A stretch of DNA of 55,404 nt. Origin: Minisyncoccota bacterium. GTDB lineage: Bacteria > Patescibacteriota > Minisyncoccia > Phycocordibacterales > Phycocordibacteraceae. Location: NCBI GenBank assembly GCA_035533615.1, contig DATLTM010000023.1:1-55404 (forward strand), in the 5' to 3' direction. How positions within the stretch are numbered: the stretch's first letter is position 1; every line of letters starts with the position of its first letter. The notes under the pieces are model-generated. The model was not told where the DNA came from. It did no database searches and saw only the letters and a program-made list of their open reading frames with translations. Of this stretch, positions 46,711-55,404 are shown one piece after another. The position numbers and the translations under genes are program-made.

Positions 46711-48504
46711 ATGCCTGTAGAAAAGAAAAAGCCCGCACGCGTCGGGGCGGTGCTTCGCGCGTACGGCAAAGCGGCGTTCGAGTACCCGCGATTCCTCGGT
46801 CTTACCGTTGTTGCCGCGATAACAATCGAAGCGGCGGGGATTGTTGCGCCGCTCTTTCTGCGCCAGTTCATCAACCTGCTCTCCGGCGGCACGCAGGTGA
46901 CGGCAACGGTACGCGCGCTCTTCATTACGCTCATATTTTTTTCAGCGACGAATCTCGTGGGCTGGCTCGGCCAGCGTGTACGCCTGTTCGCGGTGAACAA
47001 GGTTGAATCTAGGACGATGGTTGACCTCTACAAAGACGCTTTCAATTATCTGCTCGGCCATTCGCACGAATTCTTTATTTCAAACTTTACCGGTACGCTC
47101 ACCCGCCGTGTGACCCGCTACGCGCGCTCGTTTGAACAGGTGTACGACAATCTTTTTTTCAATTTCCTTCCCGCATTCCTGTTCGCCATCGGCATTATTG
47201 GCGTGCTCTCTGTGCGCAGTATTGCGCTCGGCGCGGGGCTTTTTGTCTGGACGGTCGTGTTCGTCTACCTGCAATTCGTCATGATGCTTAAACGTCAGCC
47301 GTTGCGCATTGCGCGCGTTGAGGAGGACAGCCGAGTGACCGGATTTCTCTCCGACGATGTTCTGAATCATTCAACCATTACCTCGTTTGCCGCCGTTCCG
47401 TTTGAGAATTCGCGTTTAGCAGAGACCGTCAAGGGTTGGTACATCGCGACGAAGCGCGCGTGGGACGCCGACCTGTGGATCTACGGCGTGCAGGGGTTGC
47501 TTGCCGTCGGCATAGAATTCGGTCTTCTCGCAGGTGCCATCCTGCTCTGGCAGAGGGGACTCGTGACGGTCGGCGATTTCGTGCTCATCCAGATTTATAT
47601 CCTTGGTCTCATCAACCGCATCTGGAGTATCGGACAGAATATGCGTCAGCTTTACGAAGCCTTTGCCGACGCGACCGAGATGCTGGATATCATGGAATTG
47701 CCGCACGGTATACAGGACGTACCGAATGCTTTGCCGCTCACCGTATCGCAGGGTGCAATCACCTTTGACCATGTGCGGTTTGAGTACCACGACAACCAGG
47801 AAGTGCTCCGCGACTTCACTTTCGCCATCGCACCGCATGAGAAGGTGGCGCTCATCGGCTCTTCGGGTGCGGGGAAGACGACCATCGCAAAACTCCTCCT
47901 GCGTCTCTACAATGTCACAGGCGGCGCAATACGAATCGATGGCCAGGACGTTTCCCACGTAACGCAGGAGAGCCTGCGCAAGGCTATTGCATTTGTCCCG
48001 CAGGAGCCGATGCTCTTCCACCGATCGCTTATGGACAACATCCGTTATGGTCGGCAGGAGGCCAACGATGACGAAGTCATTGAGGCGGCGCAGCGAGCGC
48101 ACTGTCACGAATTCATCAATCAGTATCCAGAAGGATTTCAGACGCTCGTCGGCGAGCGCGGGGTGAAACTTTCAGGCGGCGAGCGCCAGCGGGTCGCCAT
48201 CGCCCGCGCTATTCTCAAAGACGCGCCAATCCTCATGCTCGACGAAGCGACGTCAAGCTTGGATTCAGAATCGGAGCGACTCATCCAAGAGGCGCTCCTG
48301 CGACTGATGGAGGGGAAGACAGTCATCGCTATCGCGCATCGGCTCTCCACTGTGATGCATATGGACCGCCTCGCTGTGATAGAGAAGGGCACGGTTACTC
48401 TTTCTGGTACGCATGACGAGCTCCTCGTACACGAAAGTAATCTCTACAAGAAGCTCTGGGAGATTCAGGCCGGCGGCTTCATCCGAGGGAATCAGATTGT
48501 CTGA
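46711..48504 (+). CDS. ABC exporter, fused permease/ATPase (MsbA-like type I exporter)
   Basis: Six N-terminal TM helices, Walker A GSSGAGKTT, signature LSGGERQR and Walker B ILMLDEATS. Confidence 0.9.
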   Translation: MPVEKKKPARVGAVLRAYGKAAFEYPRFLGLTVVAAITIEAAGIVAPLFLRQFINLLSGGTQVTATVRALFITLIFFSATNLVGWLGQRVRLFAVNKVESRTMVDLYKDAFNYLLGHSHEFFISNFTGTLTRRVTRYARSFEQVYDNLFFNFLPAFLFAIGIIGVLSVRSIALGAGLFVWTVVFVYLQFVMMLKRQPLRIARVEEDSRVTGFLSDDVLNHSTITSFAAVPFENSRLAETVKGWYIATKRAWDADLWIYGVQGLLAVGIEFGLLAGAILLWQRGLVTVGDFVLIQIYILGLINRIWSIGQNMRQLYEAFADATEMLDIMELPHGIQDVPNALPLTVSQGAITFDHVRFEYHDNQEVLRDFTFAIAPHEKVALIGSSGAGKTTIAKLLLRLYNVTGGAIRIDGQDVSHVTQESLRKAIAFVPQEPMLFHRSLMDNIRYGRQEANDDEVIEAAQRAHCHEFINQYPEGFQTLVGERGVKLSGGERQRVAIARAILKDAPILMLDEATSSLDSESERLIQEALLRLMEGKTVIAIAHRLSTVMHMDRLAVIEKGTVTLSGTHDELLVHESNLYKKLWEIQAGGFIRGNQIV

Positions 48505-48534
48505 ACAGGATGTGTTTGGTAGTGTTCTCATACT

Positions 48535-48608
48535 GCCGACATAGCTCAGGTAGTTAGAGCATGGCATTCATAAAGCCAAGGTCGAAGGTGCAAGTCCTTC
48601 TGTCGGCA
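48535..48608 (+). tRNA. elongator-type tRNA with CAU anticodon (Met, or Ile2 if lysidine-modified)
   Basis: Hand fold: GCCGACA TA GCTC AGGTAGTTA GAGC A TGGCA TTCATAA AGCCA ... GAAGG TGCAAGT CCTTC TGTCGGC A. The 1:72 pair is intact and 11:24 is C:G. Confidence 0.85.
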
Positions 48609-48810
48609 CACGACATTCCCGAAGGATTTTGGTAGGATAGCGGGACGAGGTTCCCGGGCATTCGCGGTTGTATGAAGGCATATTTCCGTGGCGTTCGGCG
48701 AAACGGGTACCTACGGTATCGACCCGCTCGGTCGGCGAGGAGATCATTTTAGCAAGACGATCTTCTCGCTGTCCTCGCGTGTTGCGTTTCGCGCTCGTTT
48801 TCCTCACCAT

Positions 48811-48884
48811 GCGGTCGTAGCTCAACTGGTTAGAGCATCCGCCTGTCACGCGGAAGGTTGCCGGTTCAAGTCCGGTCGACCGCG
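48811..48884 (+). tRNA. tRNA-Asp (GUC)
   Basis: GCGGTCG TA GCTC AACTGGTTA GAGC A TCCGC CTGTCAC GCGGA ... GCCGG TTCAAGT CCGGT CGACCGC G. Confidence 0.9.
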
Positions 48885-48907
48885 CATCGTTTAAAAAATA
48901 GAAGTGT

Positions 48908-49261
48908 TTACGTCCTTCCGTACCGATCCTCAAGACGATGGATATCACCCTCGTCGAAGTCGCCGAACGCTATTTCGAGGAATGCCGTTCCGCCGACGCC
49001 GCCCGTCACTCGGTGTTCGCTCCCGCGTGGGCAGAAGAACGTCTCACCTTCTTGCGCCCGATGCTCCGTATCGCCGATGCGGATGATGCCGGAACCTTTG
49101 AGTACACGCCAGAATTCGTCACGATGCTCGTGGGTCTGGAGGCTGATAGCCTGACCGTCGTTGACGGTTATAATCTTCACCGTCGTCTTTTCGTTCAGTG
49201 TGAAGCGTTCAAAATTGCCCCACGGGCGGATTTCTTTTTCATAGTTTTTGAGACCTTCCAT
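48908..49261 (-). CDS. cupin-domain protein (mannose-6-phosphate isomerase type II C-terminal-like)
   Basis: Contains RPWGNFERF...SLQTHEHRDEFWRVLKGSG...GSEHRV. The start is taken at MEGLKNY. Confidence 0.75.
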   Translation of the reverse strand: MEGLKNYEKEIRPWGNFERFTLNEKTTVKIITVNDGQAISLQTHEHRDEFWRVLKGSGIIRIGDTEHRAQEGETFFCPRGSEHRVTGGVGGTAFLEIAFGDFDEGDIHRLEDRYGRT

Positions 49262-49327
49262 ACGATAAGTATACCTATTTTTTATTGAAAGGAGCAAAGT
49301 TATCCGCTACTATGCGCGAGTGTGCGA

Positions 49328-49400
49328 GGCCGAGATAGCTCAGTTGGTAGAGCAGCGCCATGGTAAGGCGCAGGTCGTCGGTTCAATCCCGACTCTCGGC
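49328..49400 (+). tRNA. tRNA-Thr (GGU)
   Basis: GCCGAGA TA GCTC AGTTGGTA GAGC A GCGCC ATGGTAA GGCGC ... GTCGG TTCAATC CCGAC TCTCGGC T. Confidence 0.9.
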
Positions 49401-49441
49401 TCACTTTTTCAGGAAAGGGTTCTATGTTACAAAAGGTATAC

Positions 49442-49517
49442 GCCGCCTTAGCTCAGTTGGTAGAGCGACGGTATCGTAAACCGTAGGTCCCCAGTTCAAT
49501 CCTGGGAGGCGGCTCCA
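49442..49517 (+). tRNA. tRNA-Thr (CGU), CCA encoded
   Basis: GCCGCCT TA GCTC AGTTGGTA GAGC G ACGGT ATCGTAA ACCGT ... CCCAG TTCAATC CTGGG AGGCGGC T CCA. Confidence 0.9.
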
Positions 49518-49563
49518 GATATATATGCTCCGGAACGCGGATTGCAATATTCACAAAACCTTC

Positions 49564-49569
49564 TAAAAT
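49564..49569 (+). promoter_or_regulatory. putative -10 hexamer TAAAAT, 8 nt before ATG 49578
   Basis: Read directly. Confidence 0.3.
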
Positions 49570-49577
49570 AAACTTAT

Positions 49578-49949
49578 ATGAATTCTCCAGAAAGAATGCC
49601 GCAGCAGGGATCAGTTGGAAAGAATAAAAAAGAAGGACCGCGCCTTCGAGCGGTCCAGTTTGCCGAAGATATGACGAAACGTCCGAAAAGAGAACTTTGG
49701 GAAATCAACGAGCAAATTATAAAGTTGAAGACAGGCCTCCAGCGGGGTAACGAGCAGGCGATACAAGAACAAGACCCGAAGAAACGGGAGTTAGCCATAC
49801 GGATTGGCAGAGAAGTTACCCAGCACATCGAGAGATTGAAGGAGCGGGGAGAAGCACTGAAACAAGAAATACTGAAATTCGGCGGCAATCCCGATGATCT
49901 TGAGGGAGACCCAGAAGAAGATAAAGTACCGAACCACACTACCCAGTGA
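49578..49949 (+). CDS. hypothetical K/E-rich coiled-coil protein immediately upstream of prfB, terminated by UGA
   Basis: 123-aa ORF with a leaderless-type promoter context. It is in the same frame as prfB and separated from it by TGA plus 4 codons. Confidence 0.5.
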   Translation: MNSPERMPQQGSVGKNKKEGPRLRAVQFAEDMTKRPKRELWEINEQIIKLKTGLQRGNEQAIQEQDPKKRELAIRIGREVTQHIERLKERGEALKQEILKFGGNPDDLEGDPEEDKVPNHTTQ

Positions 49950-49961
49950 GCGTTCCGTATC

Positions 49962-50840
49962 ATGGACGATTCCGCGGCAGGACGACTCACGGAACTTGAA
50001 GCGCTGATGGCGGCGCCCGGTTTTTGGGCAGACAAAGATGCAGCGCAACGCCTCGTGCGCGAATACCAACTACTGAAAGAGAACAGTGAGGGCGACCCGC
50101 ACGACCGTGGCGGAGCGACGCTTGCGATACTCGCCGGTGCTGGTGGCGACGATGCGGAAGATTTTGCGCGCATGCTTCGCCGCATGTATGAGGGCTATGC
50201 CCTCAAGAAAGACTGGCGTGTGCGCGAGCTCCATGTCAACGAGAACGACCACGGCGGATACCGTAACCTCATGCTCGAGATAACCGGCCCGGGCGCGTAT
50301 GGGCGTTTAAAGCACGAGGCAGGTGTACATCGGCTCGTGCGGCAGTCTCCCTTCAATGCGAATGCGAAGCGCCAAACGAGCTTTGCACTCGTGGAGGTAT
50401 TGCCGACTCTGGTTGCAAGTGACAGGATTGAACTGAAACCAGATGATTTAGAAATACAATTTGCCCGCGCCGGGGGCGCGGGCGGCCAGAATGTGAACAA
50501 GCGCGAGACGGCCGTGCGCATTCTCCACAAACCGACCACTCTTTCCGTGCATGTTTCAAGTGAACGTAGCCAGCTTGCGAACCGCGAGAAGGCGATGGAG
50601 CTTCTGAAGGCGAAACTCTTTTCTAAAGAAGAGGCCGCACGCAAAGCAGAGGCGAAGGGCCACTCTATTGCCGCAACCACCGCGAATGAGTGGGGAAGCC
50701 AGATCCGTTCCTACGTTCTCCATCCTTACAAAATGGTCAAAGATCACCGTACTGGGCACGAATCTTCCAGTCCCGACAAGGTTCTCGAGGGCGATCTGGA
50801 TGGTTTCATAGACGCCGCCGTCGCCAATGGGGTACAATAG
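49962..50840 (+). CDS. prfB: peptide chain release factor 2 with a shortened domain 1 and no classical +1 frameshift site
   Basis: SPF tripeptide (RQSPFNA), GGQ (GAGGQNVNK), [11 protein letters not shown] and [12 protein letters not shown]. It is only 292 aa. Confidence 0.9.
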   Translation: MDDSAAGRLTELEALMAAPGFWADKDAAQRLVREYQLLKENSEGDPHDRGGATLAILAGAGGDDAEDFARMLRRMYEGYALKKDWRVRELHVNENDHGGYRNLMLEITGPGAYGRLKHEAGVHRLVRQSPFNANAKRQTSFALVEVLPTLVASDRIELKPDDLEIQFARAGGAGGQNVNKRETAVRILHKPTTLSVHVSSERSQLANREKAMELLKAKLFSKEEAARKAEAKGHSIAATTANEWGSQIRSYVLHPYKMVKDHRTGHESSSPDKVLEGDLDGFIDAAVANGVQ

Positions 50841-50848
50841 AAGGCGAA

Positions 50849-51526
50849 ATGATTTATTTTGACAAGGTGACGAAGCGGTACGGGAATGCGGCGGCTCTCG
50901 AAGAGGTCACCATCTCGGTCGCCCCCAAAGAATTCGTCTCCATCGTCGGTCACTCGGGTGCGGGGAAAACAACGCTCCTGAAACTACTCCTTGCTGAAGA
51001 ACGGCCGACCGCCGGCAATGTTTTTTTTGAATCGGTCGATGTGAATGACCTGCCAAGCTCGGCTTTACACTACTATCGTCGGAAAATCGGCATGGTCTTT
51101 CAAGACTTTCGCCTTATCCCGAACAAGACTGCGTATGAGAACATCGCGTTCGCGATGGAGGCCGCTGGCCGCACCGACGTGGAGATTGCAAGCGATGTCC
51201 CTTACATCCTCGAGCTTGTGAATCTTGCCGACAAAGCGGCCCATTTCCCCGATCAGCTCTCTGGCGGCGAGAAACAGCGTATTGCCATCGGCCGTGCAAT
51301 TATCAACCAGCCGGAGCTTATTGTTGCCGACGAGCCGACCGGGAATCTCGACCCCATCAATACCTACGAGGTCGTCGAAATATTGAAAAAGATAAACGAA
51401 CTCGGGACGACCATCATCATTACGACGCACAACAAGGGTGTGGTTGACGCCATCGGGAAGCGTGTCATCACCATTGACCACGGCCGGCTTGTACGCGACG
51501 ACGCGGGCGGGAAGTATATACTATGA
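50849..51526 (+). CDS. ftsE: cell-division ABC ATPase FtsE
   Basis: Starts [11 protein letters not shown], with Walker [10 protein letters not shown], signature LSGGEKQR and Walker [13 protein letters not shown]. Confidence 0.9.
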   Translation: MIYFDKVTKRYGNAAALEEVTISVAPKEFVSIVGHSGAGKTTLLKLLLAEERPTAGNVFFESVDVNDLPSSALHYYRRKIGMVFQDFRLIPNKTAYENIAFAMEAAGRTDVEIASDVPYILELVNLADKAAHFPDQLSGGEKQRIAIGRAIINQPELIVADEPTGNLDPINTYEVVEILKKINELGTTIIITTHNKGVVDAIGKRVITIDHGRLVRDDAGGKYIL

Positions 51527-51530
51527 CGAC

Positions 51531-52457
51531 ATGACCTGGATGATTTTTAAGCGGATGCTCGTCGCCGGCGGAAAAAATTTCGTCCGCGGTGGAGCGGTTT
51601 CGGCGGCCACCGTTCTTATCATGACGGTGACACTCGCCATCATCGCTTCCCTCATCTTCCTCTCTGCACTTCTGACCTTCACGCTGAACACGATCACCAA
51701 CAAAGTTGATGTGTCCGTCTATTTCGTTACTACCGCAAGCGAGGCCGATATACTCGCGGTACAGAGTCAGCTCGAAAAATTGCCTCAGGTGGCAAGTGTT
51801 ACCTATACGTCCGCTGCCGACGCGCTCGCGGCCTTCACCGCGCGGCATGCAAATGATCAGCTTACGCTCCAGGCGCTCCAGGAGCTTGGCGGCAATCCGC
51901 TCGATGCTTCGCTTGAGGTGCGGGCGAAGGATCCGACCGAATACGAGAGCATTGTAAACTTTCTTAATGCATCGCCGGCGCTCTCTGCGGACGGTACCTC
52001 TATCGTCGATCGTATCAACTACGCCCAGAATAAGAATGTCATTGATCGTCTCGCGCTCGCAATACAAGCGACACGTGAGGTCGGTTTCGCTGTTGTCGCA
52101 CTCTTCGCCCTTGCATCCATCCTCATAGCTTTTGCGACTATCCGCCTCGCCATCTATACAGCTAAGGAAGAGATTGCAGTGATGCGGCTCGTCGGCGCCT
52201 CGAATGCGTACATTCAGGGGCCATTCATCGTCACGGGTATCATTACCGGAGTTACGGCTGCTATTCTTGTCCTCCTTATTTTGTGGCCGGCGACTTGGTA
52301 TGCCGGAGCGAAGACCTCTGGATGGTTCGGCGGTTTCGATATCGCGAGCTATTATGGCAGCCATTTCGCACTTATCTTTTTCATAGTGCTCGCTTCGGGC
52401 ATGGTGCTCGGGGCCGTTGCCTCGGTGCTCGCCATTCACAGATATCTGAAGGTTTAG
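51531..52457 (+). CDS. ftsX: cell-division permease-like protein FtsX
   Basis: It follows ftsE. It has an N-terminal TM helix, a periplasmic domain and three C-terminal TM helices (MRLVGASN motif). Confidence 0.85.
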   Translation: MTWMIFKRMLVAGGKNFVRGGAVSAATVLIMTVTLAIIASLIFLSALLTFTLNTITNKVDVSVYFVTTASEADILAVQSQLEKLPQVASVTYTSAADALAAFTARHANDQLTLQALQELGGNPLDASLEVRAKDPTEYESIVNFLNASPALSADGTSIVDRINYAQNKNVIDRLALAIQATREVGFAVVALFALASILIAFATIRLAIYTAKEEIAVMRLVGASNAYIQGPFIVTGIITGVTAAILVLLILWPATWYAGAKTSGWFGGFDIASYYGSHFALIFFIVLASGMVLGAVASVLAIHRYLKV

Positions 52458-52465
52458 TTTCTGGT

Positions 52466-54121
52466 ATGGCAAAAGAAGGTCATAAATACATATTCGTCCT
52501 CGGCGGGGTGATGTCGGGCGTCGGGAAAGGTGTCGTCACGAGTTCCATAGGGCTTCTCCTTCAACAGAAGGGTTATCCGGTGAATCTCGTGAAGATCGAT
52601 CCGTATCTGAATGTTGATGCCGGCACGATGAATCCGACTGAGCACGGCGAAGTGTTCGTCTTGCGCAGTGGGCTCGAGACCGATCAGGATATGGGTAACT
52701 ATGAGCGATTTTTGAACCGTGATTTGACCAACGAAGACTACATGACGAGCGGCATGGTGTATCAGTCGGTCATTGCACGCGAGCGCGCGCTCGGCTACAA
52801 CGGAAAGTTTGTGGAAGCCATACCGCATGTGCGCGACGAGATCATCAAGCGTATGGAAGCTGCGGCTGACTACAACGGCAGTCGCGTTTCTGTCATCGAG
52901 ATTGGCGGAACCATCGGAGACTTCCAGAACGCGCTTTTTATCGAGGCGGCGCGCGTACTAAAAATGCAACATCCCGAAGACGTACTCTTCGTGATGGTGT
53001 CCTATCTCCCCGTGCCGGGGACGATCGGCGAGATGAAGACCAAGCCAACGCAAACGGCGGTGCGCGACTTGAATTCATACGGCGTGCAACCGGATTTCCT
53101 CATCGCGCGTTCCACGCACTCTCTTGACGAGAAGCGCAAAGAAAAGCTCGCCGTCTGGTGCAACATCCGCAAGGAGCACGTGATCTCGGCGCCGGACATC
53201 GACAGTATCTATGAAGCGCCGCTCAATTTTGAAAAGGATAAGCTCGGCGACGCGATTCTCGATGCGCTCCGTCTTCCCGAGAAGCGCAAAGCAAGTCTCA
53301 CCGTTTGGAAGAGATTTGTAAAAGCGGCGATCAACAAGAAAGCACCTGAGATACACATCGCCATTGTCGGAAAATATTTCGATACCGGCGACTTCGTCCT
53401 TTCCGACGCATATCTTTCGGTCATCGAGGCCATAAAATTTTCAGCGGCGAAGCTCGGTCGTCGGGCATGTCTCACGTGGGTTAATTCTAAAGATTTTGAA
53501 AAAGGAAGGTCTGTTTCGACGCTCGGGAGGTACGACGGTATCATTGTCCCGGGCGGTTTCGGAGAAAGCGGTATAGAAGGGAAAATTAAGGCGATACAAT
53601 TTGCGCGCGAACGGAAGATCCCGTACTTCGGCCTCTGTTACGGCATGCAGCTGATGGTAATCGAGTATGCGCGCCATATGCTCGGGCTCAAAGATGCGAA
53701 CACCACTGAGATAAAGAAAAACGCGACTGATCCGATTGTTGACGTGATGCTCGAGCAGAAGAAACATCTCGCCGACAACAAGTACGGCGGCACTATGCGT
53801 CTTGGTTCTTACCCGTGCTACCTTAAGAAAGGCACTGCCGCACGCGCCGCATACAAGAGAGAATTGGTCGAAGAACGCCACCGCCACCGCTATGAAATCA
53901 ATCCGGCGTATGTGAAGCGGCTTGAGGACGCGGGTCTTGTCTTCTCCGGTACTAGCCCGGACGGCGTTCTGATGGAGATCGCGGAGCTCCCGAAAAAAGA
54001 ACATCCTTTTATGCTCGGAACGCAATTTCACCCGGAGCTTCAGGCGCGCCCGCTTGCCCCGCACCCGCTCTTCACCGAATTTATTAAAGCGGCTATAGCA
54101 CAGAAACGGAAAAGAAAATAG
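52466..54121 (+). CDS. pyrG: CTP synthase
   Basis: Contains KYIFVLGGVMSGVGKG, a GATase domain with GLCYGMQ, and HRHRYE. Confidence 0.95.
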   Translation: MAKEGHKYIFVLGGVMSGVGKGVVTSSIGLLLQQKGYPVNLVKIDPYLNVDAGTMNPTEHGEVFVLRSGLETDQDMGNYERFLNRDLTNEDYMTSGMVYQSVIARERALGYNGKFVEAIPHVRDEIIKRMEAAADYNGSRVSVIEIGGTIGDFQNALFIEAARVLKMQHPEDVLFVMVSYLPVPGTIGEMKTKPTQTAVRDLNSYGVQPDFLIARSTHSLDEKRKEKLAVWCNIRKEHVISAPDIDSIYEAPLNFEKDKLGDAILDALRLPEKRKASLTVWKRFVKAAINKKAPEIHIAIVGKYFDTGDFVLSDAYLSVIEAIKFSAAKLGRRACLTWVNSKDFEKGRSVSTLGRYDGIIVPGGFGESGIEGKIKAIQFARERKIPYFGLCYGMQLMVIEYARHMLGLKDANTTEIKKNATDPIVDVMLEQKKHLADNKYGGTMRLGSYPCYLKKGTAARAAYKRELVEERHRHRYEINPAYVKRLEDAGLVFSGTSPDGVLMEIAELPKKEHPFMLGTQFHPELQARPLAPHPLFTEFIKAAIAQKRKRK

Positions 54122-54142
54122 GTCTCGCGCATTGTCGAAAAT

Positions 54143-54174
54143 AAAAAAGGGAACCCGAAGGGATTCCCTTTTTT
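54143..54174. terminator. bidirectional intrinsic terminator: A-tract, GGGAACCC-GAA-GGGATTCCC hairpin, T-tract
   Basis: It lies between convergent pyrG (+) and ORF 54179..54490 (-). The stem was read directly. Confidence 0.7.
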
Positions 54175-54178
54175 CTCT

Positions 54179-54490
54179 TTAGATAGCGTTGTTGGCACTA
54201 CGGTGCCGCTTCATACCGGCGTAGGTGCATTTGAACCGGTACACCGTCCCGCTCTTCTTGAGTTCGCCGTATTTTCCCTCCCCGGCGGCGCAGAGCACCC
54301 TTTTGCCAAGGGAGGCACTTGCCTGGTCAGAGCTCTCGCCGAGCATTGTATCCCCCTGTTTGCAGATCGGCGTCTGCACGACGTCGACCCATCCGTCTCC
54401 TCGGTCGATTAATTTTACCCGACACTCGCCGGCCCTCGCGAGAGGGAATAACCCCACCATCGCCACCGCTAAGATGAACTTTCTCATCAC
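54179..54490 (-). CDS. small secreted Cys-containing hypothetical protein
   Basis: 103-aa ORF with signal peptide MMRKFILAVAMVGLFPLARA and 4-5 Cys in the mature part. Confidence 0.55.
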   Translation of the reverse strand: MMRKFILAVAMVGLFPLARAGECRVKLIDRGDGWVDVVQTPICKQGDTMLGESSDQASASLGKRVLCAAGEGKYGELKKSGTVYRFKCTYAGMKRHRSANNAI

Positions 54491-54627
54491 TTCTCACCTC
54501 CTTGTCAAAGGATTCAGCAGGATGCCGAATACCGAAACTACTGCAAGAAAGAGTACATTGAGATGTACGAATTGTCAATCGCAGACGGTATACGGATACA
54601 ATGGCGGCATCAGAACGGCAGGTATAG

Positions 54628-54633
54628 TATAAT
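54628..54633 (+). promoter_or_regulatory. putative -10 hexamer TATAAT, 7 nt before ATG 54641
   Basis: Read directly: GGTATAGTATAATCTATCAAATG. Confidence 0.4.
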
Positions 54634-54640
54634 CTATCAA

Positions 54641-55404
54641 ATGAGTGCCATCATTAGAGTTGCGGGTCTCACGAAAAAGTTCGGTGAGTTCGTGGCGGTG
54701 AATAATGTTTCGTTTTCGGTCGAAGAGGGTGGTATCTTCGCTTTTCTTGGGCCGAACGGCGCGGGGAAATCGACGACCATCAAGATGCTCACGACTCTGT
54801 TGCATCCGACCTCCGGCACCATTCTTATCAACGGTTTCAATCCAGTTATCGATCCCGGCAGTGCACGCCACTCCTTCGGCATTGTTTTTCAAGACCCGTC
54901 GCTCGACGAAGATCTTACTGCGCTTGAAAACTTACAATTGCACGGGGTTCTCTATGGTGTGCCGCAACGAACGCTAAAAGAACGCATCGCCGAATTACTC
55001 ACGCTCGTCGAGCTCGTCGACCGGAAAAATGATTTCGTCCGCGATTTCTCGGGCGGAATGAAGCGGCGTCTTGAAATAGCACGCGGGCTCCTGCATCACC
55101 CGAAGATCATCTTTCTTGATGAGCCGACTCTTGGGCTTGACCCGCAAACGCGCAACCACTTGTGGAATTATGTGCGCACACTGAATGCCGACGAGGGCAT
55201 CACTGTATTCTTCACCACGCATTACATGGAAGAAGCGAGCCAGATTGCACAGCACGTCGCCATCATCGATAACGGTGTCATCGTCGCGCAAGGGACGAGC
55301 AAAGAACTGCAGAAAGAAACAGGGACGGCGACACTTGAGGAAGCATTCCTAAAGCTGACTGGAAGCGCCATTCGCGACGAAGCGAGCAGCTCGCTCGACC
55401 GAAT
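54641..55404 (+). CDS. ABC transporter ATP-binding protein (ABC-2/DrrA-like), 3' end outside the window
   Basis: My own translation gives MSAIIRVAGLTKKFGEFVAVNNVSFSVEEGGIFAFLGPNGAGKSTT...FSGGMKRRLEIARGLLHHPKIIFLDEPTLGLD. The frame stays open to the window end, which is why it is absent from the ORF track. Confidence 0.9.
   Translation, partial: MSAIIRVAGLTKKFGEFVAVNNVSFSVEEGGIFAFLGPNGAGKSTTIKMLTTLLHPTSGTILINGFNPVIDPGSARHSFGIVFQDPSLDEDLTALENLQLHGVLYGVPQRTLKERIAELLTLVELVDRKNDFVRDFSGGMKRRLEIARGLLHHPKIIFLDEPTLGLDPQTRNHLWNYVRTLNADEGITVFFTTHYMEEASQIAQHVAIIDNGVIVAQGTSKELQKETGTATLEEAFLKLTGSAIRDEASSSLDR

Noticed and set aside
48568-48948. 126-aa minus-strand ORF and 68-aa plus-strand ORF (48688..48894) between and over the tRNA genes
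   Set aside because: Both overlap well-folded tRNA genes (CAU and Asp), so they are artefacts of the open frame.
49947-49949. In-frame TGA between ORF 49578 and prfB as evidence for a UGA-recoding genetic code (code 4 or 25)
   Set aside because: - TGA is used as the terminal stop of many confidently delimited genes here (pilM, the pilN-like and pilO-like genes, pilB).
- RF2, which reads UGA, is itself encoded.
- The upstream ORF shows no RF2 similarity.

Overview
The window looks like a bacterial chromosome segment of moderately high GC. It carries an AT-rich, probably horizontally acquired block at the left edge. Gene content and architecture fit a reduced-genome, Gram-positive-like or Candidate Phyla Radiation-type organism, but that assignment is inference only. 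All calls were made by eye from the sequence and the ORF track. No searches or computations were run, and RNA and motif coordinates may be off by 1-3 nt.

Contents from left to right:
- 1..3980: an AT-rich three-gene cargo block (XRE regulator, 2-TM protein, helical protein), divergent from a large serine recombinase that abuts the 3' end of tRNA-Ser(GCU).
- 4288..15753: a complete secretin-less type IV pilus locus (pilM/N/O, pilB, a CheY-like receiver, pilT, pilC, two tandem major pilins, pilD, four minor pilins).
- 15794..20922: ligA, gatC, gatA, a membrane protein with a HEPN-like RNxxxH motif, an initiator-like tRNA-Met and a NUDIX hydrolase.
- 21259..27573: a metal-homeostasis neighbourhood (YibE/F, ZIP, Fur/Zur, P-type ATPase).
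- 27792..32517: an isochorismatase-family gene and a HlyD-HlyD-MFS-MarR efflux operon.
- 32530..36060 plus 40261..41004: an ECF-sigma-linked membrane redox module (RnfD-like/FNR fusion and FMN_bind protein), with ApbE nearby.
- 36171..41638: aroE-like, 2-hydroxyacid dehydrogenase, speE, speH-like, apbE and two small hypothetical genes.
- 41761..43946: two head-to-head IS481-like elements, one decayed.
- 44083..55404: a methyltransferase, a 7TM histidine kinase, an ABC exporter, five tRNAs, a shortened prfB, ftsEX, pyrG and a partial ABC ATPase.

Most interesting observations:
- A conserved structured element of about 80-100 nt is present three times within 5 kb. Each copy sits 140-166 nt upstream of a plus-strand gene start.
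- The AT-rich cargo block beside the recombinase and tRNA is a candidate mobile or defence island.
- The flavin-based membrane redox module is under apparent ECF sigma control.
- Two minor pilins have unusually long, conserved prepilin leaders.
- prfB lacks the classical frameshift site and is preceded by a UGA-terminated upstream ORF.
- Promoters with a leaderless architecture (TATACT or TATAAT 6-9 nt before the ATG) are widespread.
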